Assembly (NCBI GenBank): GCA_963720545.1
Contig: OY970399.1
Location: 1,184,001-1,248,000 of the forward strand
Direction of reading: 5' to 3'
DNA from: an uncultured Acidobacteriota bacterium
GTDB lineage: Bacteria > Acidobacteriota > Vicinamibacteria > Fen-336
Length of the DNA: 64,000 nucleotides
Under the pieces are notes generated by a model. That model was not told the DNA's origin. It searched no databases and saw only the letters and a list, made by a program, of their open reading frames with translations. Position numbers and translations under genes: made by a program. This document shows positions 51,526-59,735 of this stretch, piece after piece (within the stretch, counting starts at the first letter, position 1; each line of letters opens with the position of its first letter).

Positions 51526-52478
51526 ACGAGCGGGGTGTGAGCCGCTTCGACGGGTTCCAGAAACTTGCCGTCGCCACGACCATCACCACCTACCTCCTGA
51601 TCCTGGTCGGTGCGCTGGTGCGTGCAACGGGGTCCGGCATGGGCTGCCCCGACTGGCCGAAATGCTTCGGCAACTGGGTGCCGCCCCTGACCGCCGCCGA
51701 CCTGCCGGCCGGCTTCGACGCCGCGCAGTTCAACGCCGCGAAGACCTGGACCGAATACCTCAATCGCCTGCTCGGCGCCACCACCGGCCTGCTGATCTTC
51801 GCGACGCTGGTCGCCGCGATTCGCCGCTACCGCCACCGGCCTGACGTGCTGTGGCCGGCGGTGCTGGCGTTCCTGGCGGTGGGCTTCGAAGGCTGGCTCG
51901 GGGGACGCGTCGTGGCCCACGGTCTCGCCCCCTGGATCGTCACCGCGCACCTGATGGGCGCTTTGGTCGTGGTCGGCGCCCTGCTGTACGCGACCATCCA
52001 TGCCTTCCTGCCGCTCGCGCAACCCTCGCGGCGCGACGCCGGCGTGCGCCGCCTGTTCGTGCTGGCCGCTGCGGTGTTCGGCCTGGCGATGGCGCAGCTG
52101 GTCCTCGGCACTCAGGTCCGCAGCCATCTCGATCACTCGGAGGCGGCCGGGCTCGATCCGGTGGCCGTCCTCGCAAGCCCCGCCGGCCTCGACCTGATGC
52201 ACCGCCGGATGTCGATCGTCGTCGCGGCCCTCACGCTCGTCCTCTGGGCAAGACTCCGGCGCGACACCACCGCCTCGCGCGCTGTGCGGCTCACTGCCGA
52301 CACGACCATCGTCCTCGTCGTTGCCCAGGTCGCCGCCGGCCTGGCGGTCGCGTATCTCGCGATCCCCCCGGCCGCCCAGGTCGCACACGTCGTTCTGGCA
52401 AGCCTCTATGTGGGCGCTCTTATGACCATGCTCATCCTGATTCCTCGCACTACGACCGACCCACCTCGCATGAGGTGA
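51522..52478 (+). CDS. ctaA: Heme A synthase (COX15/CtaA)
   Basis: GALVRATGSGMGCPDWPKCFG, EYLNR, TM histidines; multiple TM helices. Confidence 0.85.
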   Translation: MNERGVSRFDGFQKLAVATTITTYLLILVGALVRATGSGMGCPDWPKCFGNWVPPLTAADLPAGFDAAQFNAAKTWTEYLNRLLGATTGLLIFATLVAAIRRYRHRPDVLWPAVLAFLAVGFEGWLGGRVVAHGLAPWIVTAHLMGALVVVGALLYATIHAFLPLAQPSRRDAGVRRLFVLAAAVFGLAMAQLVLGTQVRSHLDHSEAAGLDPVAVLASPAGLDLMHRRMSIVVAALTLVLWARLRRDTTASRAVRLTADTTIVLVVAQVAAGLAVAYLAIPPAAQVAHVVLASLYVGALMTMLILIPRTTTDPPRMR

Positions 52479-52486
52479 AAGGTAAC

Positions 52487-52508
52487 GGACTGCGTCCGGA
52501 CGCAGTCC
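52487..52508. repeat. Perfect 22-bp palindrome (GTCCGGAC family), orphan copy
   Basis: GGACTGCGTCCGGACGCAGTCC, intergenic, 8 bp after ctaA stop. Confidence 0.9.
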
Positions 52509-52541
52509 ACCACTTCTGTTCGGTGGCGTTTTTGCTGCGGT

Positions 52542-53522
52542 ATGCTGGCTTCAGGCATGCTGCAGGCGATTCTGGTCGGCGGACTCGTGGCGGCGACATC
52601 CAGCGCATCCCAGCTCCAGCCGGAGGCGCAGGTGCAGTCGCAGAACGTCGAAGCGACCCTCATGGCGGAACACCTGGCGGTGCGGCCAGGTCTGCCCCTG
52701 CGCGCCGGCGTGCGGTTGCGGATGAGCCCGGGATGGCACACCTACTGGAGCAATCCCGGCGACTCGGGACTCGCGACGAAGATCGAGTGGACGCTGCCGG
52801 AAGGATGGAAGGCCGGCCCCACCCAGTGGCCGCTGCCGACGCTGTTCGGCGATGGCGACGTGAAGAGCTACGGTTACGCCGACGAGGTCCTGCTGATCTC
52901 GACGCTCACGCCTCCGCCGGGCACGCAAAAGGGCGATGCGCGAATCAGCGCGAACGTTTCGTGGCTCGAGTGCGCCGACATCTGCAAGCCCGGCAAGGGC
53001 ACGCTGACGCTGACCATCCCCGTTGGCTATGCGAACGCTGGCGCAAGGGCTAACACCGCTACAAGTACGGCCCCGGGCACCGACGCAGACGGCACGCCGG
53101 CAGGGCAACTCTCCCCCGACGCGCCGCTGTTCGCCGCCACGCGCAAGCTGTGGCCGACGCCAGCACCGGCAGCGGCCGTGATGTTCGAGGAGCTGCAGGG
53201 CGCCATCGTCGTGAGCTGGCCGGCCGCGTGGGCGGCCGACAGCGCGCAGTTCTTTCCGGAACAGGCGGGCATCATCGAACCGTCGGCCGAGCAGGTGCGC
53301 GCCGTCGAAGGCAAGCGGGCGCGGCTGACGATCGCCCGCCCGCAAGGCGCCGCGCCGGTGCCGAAGGATACGGCCGGCGTGCTGGTGCTCACCAGCTCGA
53401 AGCCGCCGGCAGCAACCCAACCCGCCGCGGCACCAGCGGCTCCGAACCCGGCGGCCGCGGCAGCATCGGCATCTGCAACTCCTGCAAAGAAGGCGTACCG
53501 CGTCACATGGAGGTCGAAATGA
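52542..53522 (+). CDS. DsbD N-terminal-domain protein
   Basis: PGWHTYWSNPGDSG, YGY, WLECADICKP; no TM DsbD domain; start may be 52557. Confidence 0.85.
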   Translation: MLASGMLQAILVGGLVAATSSASQLQPEAQVQSQNVEATLMAEHLAVRPGLPLRAGVRLRMSPGWHTYWSNPGDSGLATKIEWTLPEGWKAGPTQWPLPTLFGDGDVKSYGYADEVLLISTLTPPPGTQKGDARISANVSWLECADICKPGKGTLTLTIPVGYANAGARANTATSTAPGTDADGTPAGQLSPDAPLFAATRKLWPTPAPAAAVMFEELQGAIVVSWPAAWAADSAQFFPEQAGIIEPSAEQVRAVEGKRARLTIARPQGAAPVPKDTAGVLVLTSSKPPAATQPAAAPAAPNPAAAAASASATPAKKAYRVTWRSK

Positions 53523-54127
53523 GAGCGATCGTCGCCGGCGTCCTGTCCGTCCTGATGCTCCCCGTTCTTGCCGGCAGCGCGTCTGCCGCCGCCGTCGCCG
53601 GCCAGCCGGCGCCTGCCTTCACCGCCAAGGATTCCAGCGGCGCGACGCAGTCGCTGGCCGCGAACAAGGGCAAGTGGGTGATCCTCGAGTGGAACAACTT
53701 CGAGTGCCCGTTCGTGCAGAAGCACTACGGCACCGGCAATATGCAGGCGCTGCAACGGGAAGCCACCGACAAGGGAGTCGTCTGGTTCACCGTCAATTCG
53801 TCGGCTGCCGGCAAGCAGGGCCACTACTCGGCGGATGCCGTCGCCAGCATGCTCAAGTCGCGCAACGCGGCGCCCACCGCGTACCTGCTCGACGCCGACG
53901 GCACCGTGGGCCGGGCCTACGGCGCCAAGACAACGCCGCACATGTTCGTGATCGACCCGAAGGGCACCGTGGTCTATGCGGGCGGCATCGATGACAAGCC
54001 GTCCACCGAACCCGCGGATGTGAAGACCGCCAGGAATTTCGTGCGCGCGGCGCTCGATGAGGCCATGGCCGGCAAGCCGGTGACCACGGCCTCCGCCACG
54101 CCTTACGGGTGCTCGGTCAAGTACTAG
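53519..54127 (+). CDS. Periplasmic redoxin (AhpC/TSA-like)
   Basis: Signal peptide; LEWNNFECPFVQKHY, AKTTPHMFVI, YAGGIDD, PYGCSVKY. Confidence 0.88.
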   Translation: MRAIVAGVLSVLMLPVLAGSASAAAVAGQPAPAFTAKDSSGATQSLAANKGKWVILEWNNFECPFVQKHYGTGNMQALQREATDKGVVWFTVNSSAAGKQGHYSADAVASMLKSRNAAPTAYLLDADGTVGRAYGAKTTPHMFVIDPKGTVVYAGGIDDKPSTEPADVKTARNFVRAALDEAMAGKPVTTASATPYGCSVKY

Positions 54128-54137
54128 GCACCGGCGG

Positions 54138-54176
54138 GTTCTTCGGGCCAGCGCAAGCGCAAGGAGCCCTCAGAAC
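54138..54176. repeat. REP-like hairpin between convergent genes
   Basis: GTTCT-TC-GGGC...GCGCAAGCGC...GCCC-TC-AGAAC. Confidence 0.7.
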
Positions 54177-54180
54177 TTCG

Positions 54181-54615
54181 TCACTTGATGAAATAGCCGA
54201 CTGCTCGCCAGGCGCCGTCTTTTTCGAGCGACATGATCGCGGTCTCGGCGCCTGACTTTTTCTGCTCGAAGCTGGTGGTGAACTCGACGACGACGTACTT
54301 GCCGTCGGGCGCGCCCGGAAGCGACTCGGTGTACTCCGACTTCGACACCGCGCGCGACAGCACCTTGCCCAGCGGGTCGCGGGCTTTCGCGGCCATCGTC
54401 ACCCACTTCTCCTGCAGCAGCGCTTCCTGGAACGAGGCGCCCGCCTGCGTCCAGCTGACGGCGTACTTGCCGGTGTCGAGCAGCTCGACCCAGGCGGTCG
54501 CCTGCTTTTCGGCCGCCGCCTTCGCCTCGGTTTCTTCGTCCGCCGCGAACGCCAATGCAGCGGCGCCCACGCCAAGCGCCGCGACGGCCAGGAACGCGAA
54601 TGCAGCTCTCATCAT
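54181..54615 (-). CDS. DUF4019 domain secreted protein
   Basis: Signal peptide; W..LLD.G.Y..SW, RDPLG, LPGAPDGKY, GYFIK. Confidence 0.85.
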   Translation of the reverse strand: MMRAAFAFLAVAALGVGAAALAFAADEETEAKAAAEKQATAWVELLDTGKYAVSWTQAGASFQEALLQEKWVTMAAKARDPLGKVLSRAVSKSEYTESLPGAPDGKYVVVEFTTSFEQKKSGAETAIMSLEKDGAWRAVGYFIK

Positions 54616-54629
54616 CAAAGCACCCTCTC

Positions 54630-56027
54630 TCAGGCGACCAGCGGCCGCCCGGGCTGCCGCTTCACGAACTCGCCGCGTCCAGGGCGCCCCGTGAAAGCGC
54701 CGTGGTCCACGATCACTTCGCCCCGCGACAGGACGACAGCCGGCGCGCCGCGCATGGCACGCCCCTCGTACGGGTTGTAGTCGACGCGCATGTGCAGGCT
54801 CTTCACCGACAGGGTCACTTCCTTCTCGGTGTCGAACAGCACCAGGTCGCCGTCCGAGCCCACGGCGATGGTGCCCTTCTTCGGCCACAGCCCGAACATC
54901 TTCGCCGGGTTGGTGGCGACGATCTCGACGAAGCGATGCGCGTCTATGCGGCCCGCGCGCACGCCCTCCCACAGCAGCATCAAGCGCGTCTCGATGCCGG
55001 GGGCGCCGTTCGGGATCTTCGAGAAGTCGTCGACGCCGAGCTGCTTCTGCGGCGGCTCGTTCATGCAGAACGGGCAATGGTCGGTCGACACCACCTGCAG
55101 GTCGTTTTTCTGCAGCCCCTTCCACAGCGCGTCCTGGTTCCATTTCTCGCGCAGCGGCGGCGACATCACGAACTTCGCGCCTTCGAAGCCAGGCCGCTCG
55201 TAGTCTTCATAGGAAAGGAAGAGGTACTGCGGGCAGGTCTCGGCGTAGGCCGGCAGCCCCATGTCGCGCGCCTGCTTCACCTTCTCGAGCGCGTCCGAGC
55301 AGGAAAGGTGCACGATGTAGATGGGCACGCCCGCCATCTCGGCGAGCGCCAGCGCGCGGCCCGTGGCTTCGCCTTCGGCGCGCGTCGGGCGCGTGAGCGC
55401 GTGATACTTCGGCGCCTTGTGCCCCTGGCGCAGCGCCTCCTTCACCAGCGTGTCGATGACGCCGCCGTTCTCGGCGTGCATGCAGATGAGTCCGCCGTTG
55501 TCGCGGGTCTTGAGGAGCGCGCGGAAGATGGTGGCGTCGTCCACCTGGAAGACGCCCGGATAGGCCATGAACAGCTTGAAGGACGTGATGCCCTCGCGGC
55601 CCACGAGGTGGTCCATGTCGATCGCCACCTGGTCGCTCAACTCGCGCACGATCATGTGGAACGCGTAGTCGATGGCGGCGCGGCCCTCGGCCTTCTTCAT
55701 CCAGCCTTCGAATGCGGGATAAAGGCCCTCGCCGAAGTTCTGGATGGCGAAGTCGACGATGGTGGTGGTGCCGCCGAAGGCCGCCGCGATGGTGCCGGTC
55801 TCGAAATCGTCGGCGGAATTGGTGCCGCCAAACGGCATGTCGAGATGGGTATGGACATCGATGCCGCCCGGCATCACCAGCTTGCCCGACGCGTCGATGA
55901 TGGTGTCGGCCGGAATGTTGAGGCCGGCGCCGATCAGCGAGACGACTCCCTTGTCTATGAAAATGTCGGCGGTGTAGCGGTCGGACGCCGTGACGATGGT
56001 GCCGTTGCGGACGAGCGTCGTCGCCAT
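54630..56027 (-). CDS. hydA: Dihydropyrimidinase
   Basis: MPGGIDVHTH, SFKLFMAY, HAENG, VHLS, ETCPQY, STDHCPF. Confidence 0.93.
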   Translation of the reverse strand: MATTLVRNGTIVTASDRYTADIFIDKGVVSLIGAGLNIPADTIIDASGKLVMPGGIDVHTHLDMPFGGTNSADDFETGTIAAAFGGTTTIVDFAIQNFGEGLYPAFEGWMKKAEGRAAIDYAFHMIVRELSDQVAIDMDHLVGREGITSFKLFMAYPGVFQVDDATIFRALLKTRDNGGLICMHAENGGVIDTLVKEALRQGHKAPKYHALTRPTRAEGEATGRALALAEMAGVPIYIVHLSCSDALEKVKQARDMGLPAYAETCPQYLFLSYEDYERPGFEGAKFVMSPPLREKWNQDALWKGLQKNDLQVVSTDHCPFCMNEPPQKQLGVDDFSKIPNGAPGIETRLMLLWEGVRAGRIDAHRFVEIVATNPAKMFGLWPKKGTIAVGSDGDLVLFDTEKEVTLSVKSLHMRVDYNPYEGRAMRGAPAVVLSRGEVIVDHGAFTGRPGRGEFVKRQPGRPLVA

Positions 56028-56034
56028 GCTGCGC

Positions 56035-57156
56035 TTATTTCTCCTGGCTGGCCGCGTAGCCTTCCGCGGAATCGTGGCCGCCGGCATACTCCTTGTCGTC
56101 GGGCCGGCGGATCTGCGAGTGCGACACGACCTTGCCCCGGTTCAGTCCGCGGAAGTCCTCGACAGAGCTGAAGCGGCCCGCGTTCTTCTCGAGGAACGCG
56201 GTCATGCCCGCGAGCAGCCGCTTGATGACGTCGGGCCCGATGGCGCGGTCGAGCATGGCGGCGGTGCACACCTGCACCGTGCCGCAGCCCATCAGGAAGT
56301 AGTTGAGCGCCTGGCCGAATTCGGAGACGCCGCCGATGCCCGAGAACGACTTCTCCGGGAAGGTGCGCGTCATCTGCGCCATCTTGGCGAGCGACTGCGG
56401 CAGGATCGCCGGCCCGCCCAGGCCCCCGCTCGACACCAGGCCGTCCACGTTCATCTCGAACTCGAGCGTCTCGGGATCGACGAGCGGCAGCGACGGGAAC
56501 GTGTTCGAGGACGACACGGCATCGGCGCCGCCGGTGAAGACGGCGCCGGCTTCGAGGGCGATGTCGGTGGTGGACGGCGTCAACTTCGCCCACACCGGGA
56601 TGCGCACCACGTCCTTCACCACCTGCGTGACGAACGAGCAGAGCGCCTTGTTCTTGCCGATGTTCGAGCCCATGTCTTCGCGGTCCATGTGCGGACAGGA
56701 CAGGTTGAGCTCCAGCCCGTCGCAGCCCTCGTCCTGGCAGGCGGTCGCGAGCGTGCGCCAGTGGTCGAGCTCCTTGTCGCTGCCCGAGCCCGCCATGATC
56801 GAGGCGATCAGGATGCGGTCGGGATGCGCCTTCTTGATCTTGTTGAGCCGCGGCACCCACCAGTCGAGCGGCTTGTCGGAGATGAGCTCCCAGTTCCACG
56901 ACGAGTGCAGCACCCCGGCGCGGCCGGCGTTCATCGAGAGCCGGCCGGTCTCGGGGTTGACGCGCGTGAACTTCGTTTTGGGCCCCGCGACGTTCACCAC
57001 CGGGTGCAGCCCGATGGTCTTGGTCACCACCCCGCCCCACCCCGCGTCGAACGCGCGCAGGATGTTCACATCCGATTCGGTTGGCGGCGCGGACGCGAGC
57101 AGGAACGGGTTCTGGAAGCGAAGTCCGGTGAAGTTCACCGACGTGTCTACGGCCAT
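56035..57156 (-). CDS. preA: Dihydropyrimidine dehydrogenase FMN subunit (PreA-like), no C-terminal ferredoxin domain
   Basis: NPFLLASAPPT, GWGGVVTKT, NWELIS, LNLSCPH, KLTP, VQVCTA; adjacent to hydA. Confidence 0.85.
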   Translation of the reverse strand: MAVDTSVNFTGLRFQNPFLLASAPPTESDVNILRAFDAGWGGVVTKTIGLHPVVNVAGPKTKFTRVNPETGRLSMNAGRAGVLHSSWNWELISDKPLDWWVPRLNKIKKAHPDRILIASIMAGSGSDKELDHWRTLATACQDEGCDGLELNLSCPHMDREDMGSNIGKNKALCSFVTQVVKDVVRIPVWAKLTPSTTDIALEAGAVFTGGADAVSSSNTFPSLPLVDPETLEFEMNVDGLVSSGGLGGPAILPQSLAKMAQMTRTFPEKSFSGIGGVSEFGQALNYFLMGCGTVQVCTAAMLDRAIGPDVIKRLLAGMTAFLEKNAGRFSSVEDFRGLNRGKVVSHSQIRRPDDKEYAGGHDSAEGYAASQEK

Positions 57157-57219
57157 GTGCGCCTCCCGCGAGAGGATACCTGATCTAAGCTCTGCCCCAG
57201 ACCCGGCATGGTGAACTGA

Positions 57220-58602
57220 CTGCTCTTCAACAGCCTGCCGTTCCTGTTCGGCTTCCTGCCAATCACGTACTTCGTGTTCTGGCGCCTGCGAACGCCGCAG
57301 GCGCGCTACGTGTGGCTGGCGTTCACAGGCTACGTCTTCTACGCCTTCTGGGACTACCGCTTTTGCGCGCTGATGGCGTTCTCGACGCTCGTCAGCTACT
57401 TCGCCGCCCTCGCCATGCAGGCGCAGCCGCAGCGCAAGCGCTTCTTCCTGTGGCTCGCCGTTGGCGTCGACCTGGCGCTCCTCGGCTTCTTCAAGTACGC
57501 GGGCTTCCTGGCTCGCTCGACGAGTGCCGCGGCCGGATTTTTCGGCTGGCACCTGCCAGCACCCGAATGGAACATCGTGCTGCCGGTCGGCATCTCGTTC
57601 TACACGTTCCACACCATTACTTACATGGTGGACAGCTACCGCGGCGTCATCGTGCCGACGCGCAACTTCTTCGAGTTCTCCGCGTACGTGTCGCTGTTCG
57701 CGCAGCTGGTGGCGGGGCCGATCGTGCGCTTCCGCCAGATCGAGGCGGATCTCGACGACATCGGCGCCGCGCGCGAGCGCCGCGACCTCGACCGCGCGTG
57801 GTCGTTTTTCACCGTCGGGCTCGCGAAGAAGGTGCTGATCGCCGACACCATCGCGGCACTCATCAACCCGATGTGGGCCAACCTCGGCAGCCTGTCCACC
57901 ACCGACGCGTGGCTCGCGGTGTTCGGCTACGCGTACCAGCTCTATTTCGACTTCTCTGGCTACAGCGACATGGCGGTGGGCCTGGGCCTGATGTTCGGAC
58001 TGCGACTGCCGCAGAACTTCAACTCGCCCTACCAGGCGCTCGACATCGCCGACTTCTGGAGGCGGTGGCACATTTCGCTCTCGAGCATCCTGCGCGACTA
58101 CCTCTACATCCCGCTCGGCGGCAGCCGCGGTGGATCGCTGCTGACCGTACGCAACCTGATGATCACCATGCTGCTCGGCGGTTTGTGGCACGGCGCGGCG
58201 TGGACCTTCGTCTTGTGGGGCGCCTACCACGGCGTCCTGCTCTGCCTGCAGCGAGCGCTCGGTAAGCGGCTTGCGGCCGTACCGGCGGCGTTACGGCAAG
58301 CTGCAACGTTCGCGCTGGTCGTGGTCGGCTGGGTGTTGTTCCGGGCTCCCAATGCCCACGACGCGATTCGCATGTACGGCCGCATGTTTCGCCTCAACGG
58401 TCTCGAGATGATGCCGCACCAGCTTGCACTCCTGCCTCTGCTCGTAGTTGCCGCCGTCGCCGCGCACGCGGCTCCAAACACCTGGAACATCGGTCATCGG
58501 TGGGGTCTCGCGACCAACGTCGCGCTCTGCGCCGTAGTGGTTGCGGTGCTCATCGCCTTGCACGCTGGCGGCGCCAGCCCCTTCCTGTATTTCCAGTTCT
58601 GA
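57220..58602 (+). CDS. MBOAT O-acyltransferase (AlgI/DltB family)
   Basis: Frame extends to (M/L)LFNSLPF at 57220; LPVGISFYTF, QLVAGPI, YFDFSGYSDMA, FWRRWHISLS, GLWHGA, FLYFQF. Confidence 0.93.
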   Translation: MLFNSLPFLFGFLPITYFVFWRLRTPQARYVWLAFTGYVFYAFWDYRFCALMAFSTLVSYFAALAMQAQPQRKRFFLWLAVGVDLALLGFFKYAGFLARSTSAAAGFFGWHLPAPEWNIVLPVGISFYTFHTITYMVDSYRGVIVPTRNFFEFSAYVSLFAQLVAGPIVRFRQIEADLDDIGAARERRDLDRAWSFFTVGLAKKVLIADTIAALINPMWANLGSLSTTDAWLAVFGYAYQLYFDFSGYSDMAVGLGLMFGLRLPQNFNSPYQALDIADFWRRWHISLSSILRDYLYIPLGGSRGGSLLTVRNLMITMLLGGLWHGAAWTFVLWGAYHGVLLCLQRALGKRLAAVPAALRQAATFALVVVGWVLFRAPNAHDAIRMYGRMFRLNGLEMMPHQLALLPLLVVAAVAAHAAPNTWNIGHRWGLATNVALCAVVVAVLIALHAGGASPFLYFQF

Positions 58603-59735
58603 TGAGCGCGTCGCGAAGCATCTTCGCAACGGGCCGGCTGATCCCGGCAATGATGGTCGCCGTCGGCCTCGCCGACCTCGTCACGCGCGCGTGTCCGGTG
58701 GACCGCATCGCCTTTCGTGCCTGGGAACCGATGACCTACTACCGCCCCGCCGGCACCGCGTTCGAGCCCAGCGCGCACTACGACAGGCGTTCCTACGGCG
58801 ATCTCGCCAACCGCGGCAACCTGCCGCAGTTCCGCGTCTACCGCCAGGAGCGCTTCACCACGGACGAGTACGGCTTCCGGAACTCACCGTCGCTGCGGTC
58901 GGCGGGCCGCATTGACGCGCTCCTTTCCGGCGACTCATTCGCAGCAGGTTCCGGCGTCGCCGATGAGGACACGCTGGCGGCACAACTCACGCAGCGCGGC
59001 ATCACCACATACAACGTCGCACCGATGCGCGCGACCGCCGAGGCCGTGCCGTTCATGGTGGACACGCTCGGAATGAAGGGCGGTTGGCTGCTGAGCGAGG
59101 AAGTGGTTGCCGGCTTCCGGCGCGCTGCGGCGGCGGCTACCGTCGAGTGGACGCCCCCGCGACCGCGTACGCCGCTGACAGCCGTCAACCGGCTGCGCCG
59201 CAACGTCAACGCGGCCACCTGGCCCCTGCGCATCGTCGCCGACCGCTGGCTGAAGGCGTGGCAGGATGACCGCTGGTTCCCGAACGTCTACAAGGACCGC
59301 GTCTCAGCGCGGCCGCTCGTGAACGGCGACTCCATGCTGTTCATGTCCGGCGACGAAAGGCCGGAACCGCTGACACCGCCGGCGATCGAAGCGGTCAACA
59401 GCGTGGTCGTACGCTACAAAGCGCTGCAGGCGGCGCTGCTGCCTTCCGCGTTGCGGCTCGCCGTGGTGCTGGTCCCGGACAAGCTGCAGGTGTACGCCCC
59501 GCTCGTGCAGGAGAGCGCGTGGCCGGCAGCGATGTCGCCTTACATGCAGGAGCTCGACCGCCGGCTGCGCGACGCCGGTGTTCCCGTAGTGAACCTGTAT
59601 CCGGCGCTTGCGGAGGCCGCCCGGCGCAAGGCTCCGGCGCACCAGTATGTGTACTGGCCCGACGACACGCACTGGAACGCTGCAGGCATCGCGACGGCGG
59701 CTGGCGCAATCGCCAACCAACTGCCCGCTAATTGA
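58602..59735 (+). CDS. AlgJ/AlgX-like SGNH O-acetyltransferase partner
   Basis: TGATG coupling to MBOAT; N-terminal TM, GDSF, VPDK, DDTHWN. Confidence 0.82.
   Translation: MSASRSIFATGRLIPAMMVAVGLADLVTRACPVDRIAFRAWEPMTYYRPAGTAFEPSAHYDRRSYGDLANRGNLPQFRVYRQERFTTDEYGFRNSPSLRSAGRIDALLSGDSFAAGSGVADEDTLAAQLTQRGITTYNVAPMRATAEAVPFMVDTLGMKGGWLLSEEVVAGFRRAAAAATVEWTPPRPRTPLTAVNRLRRNVNAATWPLRIVADRWLKAWQDDRWFPNVYKDRVSARPLVNGDSMLFMSGDERPEPLTPPAIEAVNSVVVRYKALQAALLPSALRLAVVLVPDKLQVYAPLVQESAWPAAMSPYMQELDRRLRDAGVPVVNLYPALAEAARRKAPAHQYVYWPDDTHWNAAGIATAAGAIANQLPAN

Noticed and set aside
57217..57219. Selenocysteine or readthrough TGA before the MBOAT gene
   Set aside because: Family members typically start at MLFNS just downstream, and no catalytic Cys is expected at this position.
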